Positions 49,701-63,200 of a stretch of DNA of 64,000 bases are shown here, in pieces. Position 1 is the stretch's first letter, and every line of letters starts with the position of its first letter. Both the position numbers and the translations under genes were made by a program. The notes beneath the pieces are model-generated. The model did not search any database. It was not told the DNA's origin and worked only from the letters and a program-made list of their open reading frames with translations. Source of the DNA: Lepidodermella squamata (Eukaryota > Animalia > Gastrotricha); the NCBI GenBank assembly GCA_047495785.1, contig JBLDXI010000024.1, forward strand, positions 5,419,659-5,483,658. The letters run 5' to 3'.

Positions 49701-50654
49701 TTCCAGCCAGTTTTGGCTGGCAGCGAAATACCGGTCATCCGAATTGTACGCGAATCGCCTGCAAACGTGTTTGCGCTTGCTGCCACTAACAAATAGAGCA
49801 CGGCTATGCGTGATTTGCCCGGTTTCAGGATGATGCCGAACATGGGCGACACGTGCAAGGGCTGCTAATAGCGATTCCAGCCAGTTTTGGCTGGCAGCGA
49901 AATACCGGTCATCCGAATTGTACGCGAATCGCCTGCAAACGTGTTTGCGCTTGCTGCCACTAACGAATAGAGCACGGCTATGCGTGATTTCCCCGGTTTC
50001 AGGATGATGCCGAACATGGGCGACACGTGCAAGGGCTGCTAATAGCGATTCCAGCCAGTTTTGGCTGGCAGCGAAATACCGGTCATCCGAATTGTACGCG
50101 AATCGCCTGCAAACGTGTTTGCGCTTGCTGCCACTAACAAATAGAGCACGGCTATGCGTGATTTGCCCGGTTTCAGGATGATGCCGAACATGGGCGACAC
50201 GTGCAAGGGCTGCTAATAGCGATTCCAGCCAGTTTTGGCTGGCAGCGAAATACCGGTCATCCGAATTGTACGCGAATCGCCTGCAAACGTGTTTGCGCTT
50301 GCTGCCACTAACGAATAGAGCACGGCTATGCGTGATTTCCCCGGTTTCAGGATGATGCCGAACATGGGCGACACGTGCAAGGGCTGCTAATAGCGATTCC
50401 AGCCAGTTTTGGCTGGCAGCGAAATACCGGTCATCCGAATTGTACGCGAATCGCCTGCAAACGTGTTTGCGCTTGCTGCCACTAACAAATAGAGCACGGC
50501 TATGCGTGATTTGCCCGGTTTCAGGATGATGCCGAACATGGGCGACACGTGCAAGGGCTGCTAATAGCGATTCCAGCCAGTTTTGGCTGGCAGCGAAATA
50601 CCGGTCATCCGAATTGTACGCGAATCGCCTGCAACGTGTTTGCGCTTGCTGCCA
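40629..50654 (-). other. 10,026-nt stop-free reading frame (3,342 codons including the final TAA, ~57 x 58-aa repeat) through the satellite; no start codon within the repeats
   Basis: Monomer translates as HVRHHPETGQITHSRALFVSGSKRKHVCRRFAYNSDDRYFAASQNWLESLLAALARVA. Bounded by TAG at 50657-50655 (next to a 1-nt deletion at ~50633) and TAA at 40631-40629. Coding status unproven. Confidence 0.55.
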
Positions 50655-53600
50655 CTAACGAATAGAGCACGGCTATGCGTGATTTGCCCGGTTTCAGGAT
50701 GATGCCGAACATGGGCGACACGTGCAAGGGCTGCTAATAGCGATTCCAGCCAGTTTTGGCTGGCAGCGAAATACCGGTCATCCGAATTGTACGCGAATCG
50801 CCTGCATACGTGTTTGCGCTTGCTGCCACTAACGAATAGAGCACGGCTATGCGTGATTTGCCCGGTTTCAGGATGATGCCGAACATGGGCGACACGAGCA
50901 AGGGCTGCTAATAGCGATTCCAGCCAGTTTTGGCTGGCAGCGAAATACCGGTCATCCGAATTGTACGCGAATCGCCTGCAAACGTGTTTGCGCTTGCTGC
51001 CACTAACGAATAGAGCAGGGCTATGCGTGATTTGCCCGGTTTCAGGATGATGCCGAACATGGGCGACACGAGCAAGGGCTGCTAATAGCGATTCCAGCCA
51101 GTTTTGGCTGGCAGCGAAATACCGGTCATCCGAATTGTACGCGAATCGCCTGCAAACGTGTTTGCGCTTGCTGCCACTAACGAATAGAGCACGGCTATGC
51201 GTGATTTCGCCGGTTTCAGGATGATGCCGAACATGGGCGACACGTGCAAGGGCTGCTAATAGCGATTCCAGCCAGTTTTGGCTGGCAGCGAAATACCGGT
51301 CATCCGAATTGTACGCGAATCGCCTGCAAACGTGTTTGCGCTTGCTGCCACTAACGAATAGAGCACGGCTATGCGTGATTTGCCCGGTTTCAGGATGATG
51401 CCGAACATGGGCGACACGTGCAAGGGCTGCTAATAGCGACTCCAGCCAGTTTTGGCTGGCAGCGAAATACCGGTCATCCGAATTGTACGCGAATCGCCTG
51501 CAAACGTGTTTGCGCTTGCTGCCACTAACGAATAGAGCACGGCTATGCGTGATTTGCCCGTTTTCAGGATGATGCCGAACATGGGCGACACGTGCAAGGG
51601 CTGCTAATAGCGATTCCAGCCAGTTTTGGCTGGCAGCGAAATACCGGTCATCCGAATTCTACGCGAATCGCCTGCAAACGTGTTTGCGCTTGCTGCCACT
51701 AACGAATAGAGCAGGGCTATGCGTGATTTGCCCGGTTTCAGGATGATGCCGAACATGGGCGACACGAGCAAGGGCTGCTAATAGCGATTCCAGCCAGTTT
51801 TGGCTGGCAGCGAAATACCGGTCATCCGAATTGTACGCGAATCGCCTGCATACGTGTTTGCGCTTGCTGCCACTAACAAATAGAGCAGGGCTATGCGTGA
51901 TTTGCCCGGTTTCAGGATGAGCCGAACATGGGCGACACGTGCAAGGGCTGCTAATAGCGACTCCAGCCAGTTTTGGCTGGCAGCGAAATACCGGTCATCC
52001 GAATTGTACGCGAATCGCCTGCAACGTGTTTGCGCTTGCTGCCACTAACAAATAGAGCAGGGCTATGCGTGATTTGCCCGGTTTCAGGATGATGCCGAAC
52101 ATGGGCGACACGTGCAAGGGCTGCTAATAGCGATTCCAGCCAGTTTTGGCTGGCAGCGAAATACCGGTCATCCGAATTGTACGCGAATCGCCTGCAAACG
52201 TGTTTGCGCTTGCTGCCACTAACGAATAGAGCACGGCTATGCGTGATTTGCCCGTTTTCAGGATGATGCCGAACATGGGCGACACGTGCAAGGGCTGCTA
52301 ATAGCGATTCCAGCCAGTTTTGGCCGGCAGCGAAATACCGGTCATCCGAATTGTACGCGAATCGCCTGCAAACGTGTTTGCGCTTGCTGCCACTAACGAA
52401 TAGAGCACGGCTATGCGTGATTTGCCCGGTTTCAGGATGATGCCGAACATGGGCGACACGTGCAAGGGCTGCTAATAGCGATTCCAGCCAGTTTTGGCTG
52501 GCAGCGAAATACCGGTCATCCGAATTGTACGCGAATCGCCTGCAAACGTGTTTGCGCTTGCTGCCACTAACGAATAGAGCACGGCTATGCGTGATTTCCC
52601 CGGTTTCAGGATGATGCCGAACATGGGCGACACGTGCAAGGGCTGCTAATAGCGATTCCAGCCAGTTTTGGCTGGCAGCGAAATACCGGTCATCCGAATT
52701 GTACGCGAATCGCCTGCAAACGTGTTTGCGCTTGCTGCCACTAACAAATAGAGCACGGCTATGCGTGATTTGCCCGGTTTCAGGATGATGCCGAACATGG
52801 GCGACACGTGCAAGGGCTGCTAATAGCGATTCCAGCCAGTTTTGGCTGGCAGCGAAATACCGGTCATCCGAATTGTACGCGAATCGCCTGCAACGTGTTT
52901 GCGCTTGCTGCCACTAACGAATAGAGCACGGCTATGCGTGATTTGCCCGGTTTCAGGATGATGCCGAACATGGGCGACACGTGCAAGGGCTGCTAATAGC
53001 GATTCCAGCCAGTTTTGGCTGGCAGCGAAATACCGGTCATCCGAATTGTACGCGAATCGCCTGCATACGTGTTTGCGCTTGCTGCCACTAACGAATAGAG
53101 CACGGCTATGCGTGATTTGCCCGGTTTCAGGATGATGCCGAACATGGGCGACACGAGCAAGGGCTGCTAATAGCGATTCCAGCCAGTTTTGGCTGGCAGC
53201 GAAATACCGGTCATCCGAATTGTACGCGAATCGCCTGCAAACGTGTTTGCGCTTGCTGCCACTAACGAATAGAGCAGGGCTATGCGTGATTTGCCCGGTT
53301 TCAGGATGATGCCGAACATGGGCGACACGAGCAAGGGCTGCTAATAGCGATTCCAGCCAGTTTTGGCTGGCAGCGAAATACCGGTCATCCGAATTGTACG
53401 CGAATCGCCTGCAAACGTGTTTGCGCTTGCTGCCACTAACGAATAGAGCACGGCTATGCGTGATTTCGCCGGTTTCAGGATGATGCCGAACATGGGCGAC
53501 ACGAGCAAGGGCTGCTAATAGCGATTCCAGCCAGTTTTGGCTGGCAGCGAAATACCGGTCATCCGAATTGTACGCGAATCGCCTGCAAACGTGTTTTCGC

Positions 53601-54274
53601 TTGCTGCCACTAACGAATAGAGCACGGCTATGCGTGATTTCGCCGGTTTCAGGATGATGCCGAACATGGGCGACACGTGCAAGGGCTGCTAATAGCGATT
53701 CCAGCCATTTGTGGCTGGCAGCGAAATACCGGTCATCCGAATTGTACGCGAATCGCCTGCAAACGTGTTGCGCTTGCCTGCCACTAACGAATAGAGCACG
53801 GCTATGCGTGATTTCCCGGTTCAGGATGATGCCGAACATGGCGACACGTGCAAGGGCTGCTAATAGCGATTCCAGCCAGTTTGGCTGGCAGCGAAATACC
53901 GGTCATCCGAATTGTACGCGAATCGCCTGCAAACGTGTTTGCGCTTGCTGCCACTGAACAAATAGAGCACGGCTATGCGTGATTTGCCCGGTTTCAGGAT
54001 GATGCCGAACATGGGCGACAGCGTGCAAGGGCTGCTAATAGCGATTCCAGCCAGTTTTGGCTGGCAGCGAAATACCGGTGCATCCGAATTGTACGCGACT
54101 CGCCTGCAACGTGTTTGCGCTTGCTGCCACTAACGAATAGAGCACGGCTATGCGTGATTTGCCGGGTTTCAGGTTGATGCCGAACATGGGCGACACGTGC
54201 AGGGCTGCTAATAGCGATTCCAGCAGTTTTGGCTGGCAGCGAAATACCGGTCATCCGAATTGTACGCGAATCGC
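40754..54274 (+). repeat. 174-bp tandem satellite array, left arm (~78 units)
   Basis: Identical register every 1740 bp (41641, 43381, 45121, 46861, 48601, 50341). No indels before ~50633; few recurrent SNP variants. Confidence 0.98.
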
Positions 54275-57200
54275 TATTAGGCAGCCCTTGCACGTGTCGC
54301 CCATGTCGGCACATCCTGAAAACGGGCAAATCACGCATAGCCGTGCTCTATTCGTTAGTGGCAGCAAGCGCAAACACGGTTTGCAGGCGATTCGCGTACA
54401 ATTCGGATGACCGGTATTTCGCTGCCAGCCAAAACTGGCTGGAGTCGCTATTAGCAGCCCTTGCACGTGTCGCCCATGTTCGGCATCATCCTGAACCGGC
54501 AAATCACGCATAGCCGTGCTCTATTCGTTAGTGGCAGCAAGCGCAAACACGTTTGCAGGCGATTCGCGTACAATTCGGATGACCGGTATTTCGCTGCCAG
54601 CCAAAACTGGCTGGAATCGCTATTAGCAGCCCTTGCACGTGTCGCCCATGTTCGGCATCATCCTGAACCGGCGAAATCACGCATAGCCGTGCTCTATTCG
54701 TTAGTGGCAGCAAGCGCAACACGTTTGCAGGCGATTCGCGTACAATTCGGATGACCGGTATTTCGCTGCCGGCCAAACTGGCTGGAATCGCTATTAGCAG
54801 CCTTGCACGTGTCGCCCATGTTCGGCATCATCTGAAAACGGGCAAATCACGCATAGCCGTGCTCTATTCGTTAGTGGCAGCAAGCGCAAACACGTTTGCA
54901 GGCGATTCGCGTACAATTCGGATGACCGGTATTTCGCTGCCAGCCAAAACTGGCTGGAGTCGCTATTAGCAGCCCTTGCACGTGTCGCCCATGTTCGGCA
55001 TCATCCTGAAACCGGGCAAATCACGCATAGCCGTGCTCTATTCGTTAGTGGCAGCAAGGCGCAAACACGTTTGCAGGCGATTCGCGTACAATTCGGATGA
55101 CCGGTATTTCGCTGCCAGCCAAACTGGCTGGAATCGCTATTAGCAGCCCTTGCACGTGTCGCCCATGTTCGGCATCATCCTGAAACCGGCGAAATCACGC
55201 ATAGCCGTGCTCTATTCGTTAGTGGCAGCAAGCGCAAACACGTTTGCAGGCGATTTCGCGTACAATTCGGATGACCGGTATTTCGCTGCCGGGCCAAACT
55301 GGCTGGAATCGCTATTAGCAGCCCTTGCACATGTCGCCCATGTTCGGCATCATCCTGAAAACGGGCAAATCACGCATAGCCGTGCTCTAATTCGTTAGTG
55401 GCAGCAAGCGCAAACACGTTTGCAGGCGATTCGCGTACAATTCGGATGACCGGTATTTCGCTGCCAGCCAAAACTGGCTGGAATCGCTATTAGCAGCCCT
55501 TGCACGTGTCGCCCATGTTCGGCATCATCCTGAAACCGGGCAAATCACGCATAGCCCTGCTCTATTTGTTAGTGGCAGCAAGCGCAAACACGTTGCAGGC
55601 GATTCGCGTACAATTCGGATGACCGGTATTTCGCTGCCAGCCAAAACTGCTGGAGTCGCTATTAGCAGCCCTTGCACGTGTCGCCCATGTTCGGCTCATC
55701 CTGAAACCGGGCAAATCACGGCATAGCCCTGCTCTATTTGTTAGTGGCAGCAAGCGCAAACACGTTTGCAGGCGATTCGCGTACAATTCGGATGACCGGT
55801 ATTTCGCTGCCAGCCAAAACTGGCTGGAGTCGCTATTAGCAGCCCTTGCACGTGTCGCCCATGTTCGGCTCATCCTGAAACCGGGCAAATCACGCATAGC
55901 CCGTGCTCTATTCGTTAGTGGCAGCGAGCGCAAACACGTTTGCAGGCCGATTCGCGTAGAATTCGGATGACCGGTATTTCGCTGCCAGCCAAAACTGGCT
56001 GGAATCGCTATTAGCAGCCCTTGCACGTGTCGGCCCATGGGTCGGCATCATCCTGAAAACGGGCAAATCACGCATAGCCGTGCTCTATTCGTTAGTGGCA
56101 GCAAGCGCAACACGTTTGCAGGCGATTCGCGTACAATTCGGATGACCGGTATTTCGCTGCCAGCCAAAACTGGCTGAGTCGCTATTAGCAGCCCTTGCAC
56201 GTGTCGCCCATGTTCGGCATCATCCTGAAACGGGCAAATCACGCATAGCCGTGCTCTATTCGTTAGTGGCAGCAAGCGCAAACACGTTTGCAGGCGATCG
56301 CGTACAATTCGGATGACCGGTATTTCGCTGCCAGCCAAAACTGGCTGGAATCGCTATTAGCAGCCCTTTGCACGTGTCGCCCATGTTCGGCATCATCCTG
56401 AAAACGGGCAAATCACGCATAGCCGTGCTCTATTCGTTAGTGGCAGCAAGCGCAAACACGTTTGCAGGCGATTCGCGTACAATTCGGATGACCGGTATTT
56501 CGCTGCCAGCCAAAACTGGCTGGAGTCGCTATTAGCAGCCCTTGCTCGTGTCGCCCATGTTCGGCATCATCCTGAAACCGGGCAAATCACGCATAGCCGT
56601 GCTCTATTCGTTAGTGGCAGCAAGCGCAAACACGTTTGCAGGCGATTCGCGTACAATTCGGATGACCGGTATTTCGCTGCCAGCCAAAACTGGCTGGAAT
56701 CGCTATTAGCAGCCCTTGCTCGTGTCGCCCATGTTCGGCATCATCCTGAAACCGGGCGAAATCACGCATAGCCCGTGCTCTATTCGTTAGTGGCAGCAAG
56801 CGCAAACACGTTTGCAGGCGATTCGCGTTACAATTCGGATGACCGGTATTTTCGCTGCCAGCCCAAACTGGCTGGAATCGCTATTAGCAGCCCTTGCTCG
56901 TGTCGCCCATGTTCGGCATCATCCTGAAACCGGGCAAATCACGCATAGCCGTGCTCTATTCGTTAGTGGCAGCAAGCGCAAACACGTTTGCAGGCGATTC
57001 GCGTACAATTCGGATGACCGGTATTTCGCTGCAGCCAAAACTGGCTGGAATCGCTATTAGCAGCCCTTGCTCGTGTCGCCCATGTTCGGCATCATCCTGA
57101 AACCGGGCAAATCACGCATAGCCGTGCTCTATTCGTTAGTGGCAGCAAGCGCAAACACGTTGCAGGCGATTCGCGTACAATTCGGATGACCGGTATTTCG

Positions 57201-60200
57201 CTGCCAGCCAAAACTGGCTGGAATCGCTATTAGCAGCCCTTGCACGTGTCGGCCCATGTTCGGCATCATCCTGAAACCGGGGCAAATCACGCATAGCGTG
57301 CTCTATTCGTTAGTGGCAGCAAGCGCAAACACGTTTGCAGGCGATTCGCGTACAATTCGGATGACCGGTATTTCGCTGCCAGCCAAAACTGGCCTGGAAT
57401 CGCTATTAGCAGCCCTTGCACGTGTCGCCCATGTTCGGCATCATCCTGAAACCGGGCAAATCACGCATAGCCGTGCTCTATTTGTTAGTGGCAGCAAGCG
57501 CAAACACGTTTGCAGGCGATTCGCGTACAATTCGGATGACCGGTATTTCGCTGCCAGCCAAAACTGGCTGGAATCGCTATTAGCAGCCCTTGCACGTGTC
57601 GCCATGTTCGGCATCATCCTGAACCGGGAAATCACGCATAGCCGTGCTCTATTCGTTAGTGGCAGCAAGCGCAAACACGTTTGCAGGCGATTCGCGTACA
57701 ATTCGGATGACCGGTATTTCGCTGCCAGCCAAAACTGGCTGGAATCGCTATTAGCAGCCCTTGCACGTGTCGCCCATGTTCGGCATCATCCTGAAACCGG
57801 CGAAATCACGCATAGCCGTGCTCTATTCGTTAGTGGCAGCAAGCGAAAACACGTTTGCAGGCGATTCGCGTACAATTCGGATGACCGGTATTTCGCTGCC
57901 AGCCAAAACTGGCTGGAATCGCTATTAGCAGCCCTTGCTCGTGTCGCCCATGTTCGGCATCATCCTGAAACCGGCGAAATCACGCATAGCCGTGCTCTAT
58001 TCGTTTAGTGGCAGCAAGCGCAAACACGTTTGCAGGCGATTCGCGTACAATTCGGATGACCGGTATTTCGCTGCCAGCCAAAACTGGCTGGAATCGCTAT
58101 TAGCAGCCCTTGCTCGTGTCGCCCATGTTCGGCATCATCCTGAAACCGGGCAAATCACGCATAGCCCTGCTCTATTCGTTAGTGGCAGCAAGCGCAAACA
58201 CGTTTGCAGGCGATTCGCGTACAATTCGGATGACCGGTATTTCGCTGCCAGCCAAAACTGGCTGGAATCGCTATTAGCAGCCCTTGCTCGTGTCGCCCAT
58301 GTTCGGCATCATCCTGAAACCGGGCAAATCACGCATAGCCGTGCTCTATTCGTTAGTGGCAGCAAGCGCAAACACGTATGCAGGCGATTCGCGTACAATT
58401 CGGATGACCGGTTATTTCGCTGCCAGCCAAAACTGGCTGGAATCGCTATTAGCAGCCCTTGCACGTGTCGCCCATGTTCGGCATCATCCTGAAACCGGGC
58501 AAATCACGCATAGCGTGCTCTATTCTTAGTGGCAGCAAGCGCAAACACGTTTGCAGGCGATTCGCGTACAATTCGGATGACCGGTATTTCGCTGCAGCCA
58601 AAACTGGCTGGAATCGCTATTAGCAGCCCTTGCACGTGTCGCCCATGTTCGGCATCATCCTGAAACCGGGCAAATCACGCATAGCCGTGCTCTATTTGTT
58701 AGTGGCAGCAAGCGCAAACACGTTTGCAGGCGATTCGCGTACAATTCGGATGACCGGTATTTCGCTGCCAGCCAAAACTGGCTGGAATCGCTATTAGCAG
58801 CCCTTGCACGTGTCGCCCATGTTCGGCATCATCCTGAAACCGGGGAAATCACGCATAGCCGTGCTCTATTCGTTAGTGGCAGCAAGCGCAAACACGTTTG
58901 CAGGCGATTCGCGTACAATTCGGATGACCGGTATTTCGCTGCCAGCCAAAACTGGCTGGAATCGCTATTAGCAGCCCTTGCACGTGTCGCCCATGTTCGG
59001 CATCATCCTGAAACCGGGCAAATCACGCATAGCCGTGCTCTATTCGTTAGTGGCAGCAAGCGCAAACACGTTTGCAGGCGATTCGCGTACAATTCGGATG
59101 ACCGGTATTTCGCTGCCGCCAAAACTGGCTGGAATCGCTATTAGCAGCCCTTGCACGTGTCGCCATGTTCGGCATCATCCTGAAAACGGGCAAATCACGC
59201 ATAGCCGTGCTCTATTCGTTAGTGGCAGCAAGCGCAAACACGTTTGCAGGCGATTCGCGTACAATTCGGATGACCGGTATTTCGCTGCCAGCCAAAACTG
59301 GCTGGAATCGCTATTAGCAGCCCTTGCACGTGTCGCCCATGTTCGGCATCATCTGAAACCGGCAAATCACGCATAGCCCTGCTCTATTTGTTAGTGGCAG
59401 CAAGCGCAAACACGTTGCAGGCGATTCGCGTACAATTCGGATGACCGTATTTCGCTGCCAGCCAAAACTGGCTGGAGTCGCTATTAGCAGCCCTTGCACG
59501 TGTCGCCCATGTTCGGCTCATCCTGAAACCGGGCAAATCACGCATAGCCGTGCTCTATTTGTTAGTGGCAGCAAGCGCAAACACGTATGCAGGCGATTCG
59601 CGTACAATTCGGATGACCGGTATTTCGCTGCCAGCCAAAACTGGCTGGAATCGCTATTAGCAGCCCTTGCTCGTGTCGCCCATGTTCGGCATCATCCTGA
59701 AACCGGCAAATCACGCATAGCCCTGCTCTATTCGTTAGTGGCAGCAAGCGCAAACACGTTTGCAGCGATTCGCGTACGAATTCGGATGACCGGTATTTCG
59801 CTGCCAGCCAAAACTGGCTGGAATCGCTATTAGTAGCCCTTGCACGTGTCGCCCATGTTCGGCATCATCCTGAAACCGGCGAAATCACGCATAGCCGTGC
59901 TCTATTCGTTAGTGGCAGCAAGCGCAAACACGTTTGCAGGCGATTCGCGTACAATTCGGATGACCGGTATTTCGCTGCCAGCCAAACTGGCTGGAATCGC
60001 TATTAGCAGCCCTTGCACGTGTCGCCCATGTTCGGCATCATCCTGAAACCGGGCAAATCACGCATAGCCCGTGCTCTATTCGTTAGTGCAGCAAGCGCAA
60101 ACACGTTTGCAGGCGATTCGCGTACAATTCGGATGACCGGTATTTCGCTGCCAGCCAAAACTGGCTGGAATCGCTATAGCAGCCCTTGCACGTGTCGCCA

Positions 60201-63200
60201 TGTTCGGCATCATCCTGAAACCGCGAAAATCACGCATAGCCGTGCTCTATTCGTTAGTGGCAGCAAGCGCAAACACGTTTGCAGGCGATTCGCGTACAAT
60301 TCGGATGACCGGTATTTCGCTGCCAGCCAAAACTGGCTGGAATCGCTATTAGCAGCCCTTGCACGTGTCGCCCATGTTCGGCATCATCCTGAAACCGGGC
60401 AAATCACGCATAGCCGTGCTCTATTCGTTAGTGGCAGCAAGCGCAAACACGTTGCAGGCGATTCGCGTACAATTCGGATGACCGGTATTTCGCTGCAGCC
60501 AAAACTGGCTGGAATCGCTATTAGCAGCCCTTGCTCGTGTCGCCCATGTTCGGCATCATCCTGAAACCGGCAAATCACGCATAGCCGTGCTCTATTCGTT
60601 AGTGGCAGCAAGCGCAAACACGTTTGCAGGCGATTCGCGTACAATTCGGATGACCGGTATTCGCTGCCAGCCAAAACTGGCTGGAATCGCTATTAGCAGC
60701 CCTTGCACGTGTCGCCCATGTTCGGCATCATCCTGAAACCGGGCAAATCACGCATAGCCGTGCTCTATTCGTTAGTGGCAGCAAGCGCAAACACGTTTGC
60801 AGGCGATTCGCGTACAATTCGGATGACCGGTATTTCGCTGCCAGCCAAAACTGGCTGGAATCGCTATTAGCAGCCCTTGCACGTGTCGCCCATGTTCGGC
60901 ATCATCCTGAAACCGGGCAAATCACGCATAGCCGTGCTCTATTTGTTAGTGGCAGCAAGCGCAAACACGTTTGCAGGCGATTCGCGTACAATTCGGATGA
61001 CCGGTATTTCGCTGCCAGCCAAAACTGGCTGGAATCGCTATTAGCAGCCCTTGCACGTGTCGCCCCATGTTCGGCATCATCCTGAAACCGGGGAAATCAC
61101 GCATAGCCGTGCTCTATTCGTTAGTGGCAGCAAGCGCAAACACGTTTGCAGGCGATTCGCGTACAATTCGGATGACCGGTATTTCGCTGCCAGCCAAAAC
61201 TGGCTGAATCGCTATTAGCAGCCCTTGCACGTGTCGCCCATGTTCGGCATCATCCTGAAACGGGCAAATCACGCATAGCCGTGCTCTATTTGTTAGTGGC
61301 AGCAAGCGCAAACACGTTTGCAGGCGATTCGCGTACAATTCGGATGACCGGTATTTCGCTGCCAGCCAAAACTGGCTGGAATCGCTATTAGCAGCCCTTG
61401 CCGTGTCGCCCATGTTCGGCATCATCCTGAAACCGGGAAATCACGCATAGCCGTGCTCTATTCGTTAGTGGCAGCAAGCGCAAACACGTTTGCAGGCGAT
61501 TCGCGTACAATTCGGATGACCGGTATTTCGCTGCCAGCCAAAACTGGCTGGAATCGCTATTAGCAGCCCTTGCACGTGTCGCCCATGTTCGGCATCATCC
61601 TGAAACCGGGCGAAATCACGCATAGCCGTGCTCTATTTGTTAGTGGCAGCAAGCGCAAACACGTTTGCAGGCGATTCGCGTACAATTCGGATGACCGGTA
61701 TTTCGCTGCCAGCCAAAACTGGCTGGAATCGCTATTAGCAGCCCTTGCACGTGTCGCCCATGTTCGGCATCATCCTGAAACCGGGCAAATCACGCATAGC
61801 CGTGCTCTATTTGTTAGTGGCAGCAAGCGCAAACACGTTTGCAGGCGATTCGCGTACAATTCGGATGACCGGTATTTCGCTGCCAGCCAAAACCTGGCTG
61901 GAATCGCTATTAGCAGCCCTTGCTCGTGTCGCCCATGTTCGGCATCATCCTGAAACCGGGCAATCACGCATAGCCGTGCTCTATTTGTTAGTGGCAGCAA
62001 GCGCAAACACGTTTGCAGGCGATTCGCGTACAATTCGGATGACCGGTATTTCGCTGCCGAGCCAAAACTGGCTGAATCGCTATTAGCAGCCCTTGCACGT
62101 GTCGCCCATGTTCGGCATCATCCTGAAACCGGGCAAATCACGCATAGCCGTGCTCTATTTGTTAGTGGCAGCAAGCGCAAACACGTTTGCAGGCGATTCG
62201 CGTACAATTCGGATGACCGGTATTTCGCTGCCAGCCAAAACTGGCTGGAATCGCTATTAGCAGCCCTTGCTCGTGTCGCCCATGTTCGGCATCATCCTGA
62301 AACCGGGGAAAATCACGCATAGCCGTGCTCTATTCGTTAGTGGCAGCAAGCGCAAACACGTTTGCAGGCGATTCGCGTACAATTCGGATGACCGGTATTT
62401 CGCTGGCCAGCCAAAACTGGCTGGAATCGCTATTAGCAGCCCTTGCTCGTGTCGCCCATGTTCGGCATCATCCTGAAACCGGGCAAATCACGCATAGCCG
62501 TGCTCTATTTGTTAGTGGCAGCAAGCGCAAACACGTATGCAGGCGATTCGCGTACAATTCGGATGACCGGTATTTCGCTGCCAGCCAAAACTGGCTGGAA
62601 TCGCTATTAGCAGCCCTTGCACGTGTCGCCCATGTTCGGCATCATCCTGAAACCGGGCAAATCACGCATAGCCGTGCTCTATTTGTTAGTGGCAGCAAGC
62701 GCAAACACGTTTGCAGGCGATTCGCGTACAATTCGGATGACCGGTATTTCGCTGCCAGCCAAAACTGGCTGGAATCGCTATTAGCAGCCCTTGCTCGTGT
62801 CGCCCATGTTCGGCATCATCCTGAAACCGGGCAAATCACGCATAGCCGTGCTCTATTTGTTAGTGGCAGCAAGCGCAAACACGTATGGCAGGCGATTCGC
62901 GTACAATTCGGATGACCGGTATTTCGCTGCCAGCCAAAACTGGCAGGATCGCTATTAGCAGCCCTTGCACGTGTCGCCCATGTTCGGCATCATCCTGAAA
63001 CCGGGCAAATCACGCATAGCCGTGCTCTATTGTTAGTGGCAGCAAGCGCAAACACGTTTGCAGGCGATTCGCGTACAATTCGGATGACCGGTATTTCGCT
63101 GCCAGCCAAAACTGGCTGGAATCGCTATTAGCAGCCCTTGCTCGTGTCGCCCATGTTCGGCATCATCCTGAAACCGGCGAAATCACGCATAGCCGTGCTC

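Noticed and set aside
40754-50633. Plus-strand frame with one TGA per monomer (...PVSG*CRTW...) as a selenocysteine or readthrough repeat
   Set aside because: No SECIS evidence, and more variants are non-synonymous in this frame than in the stop-free minus frame.
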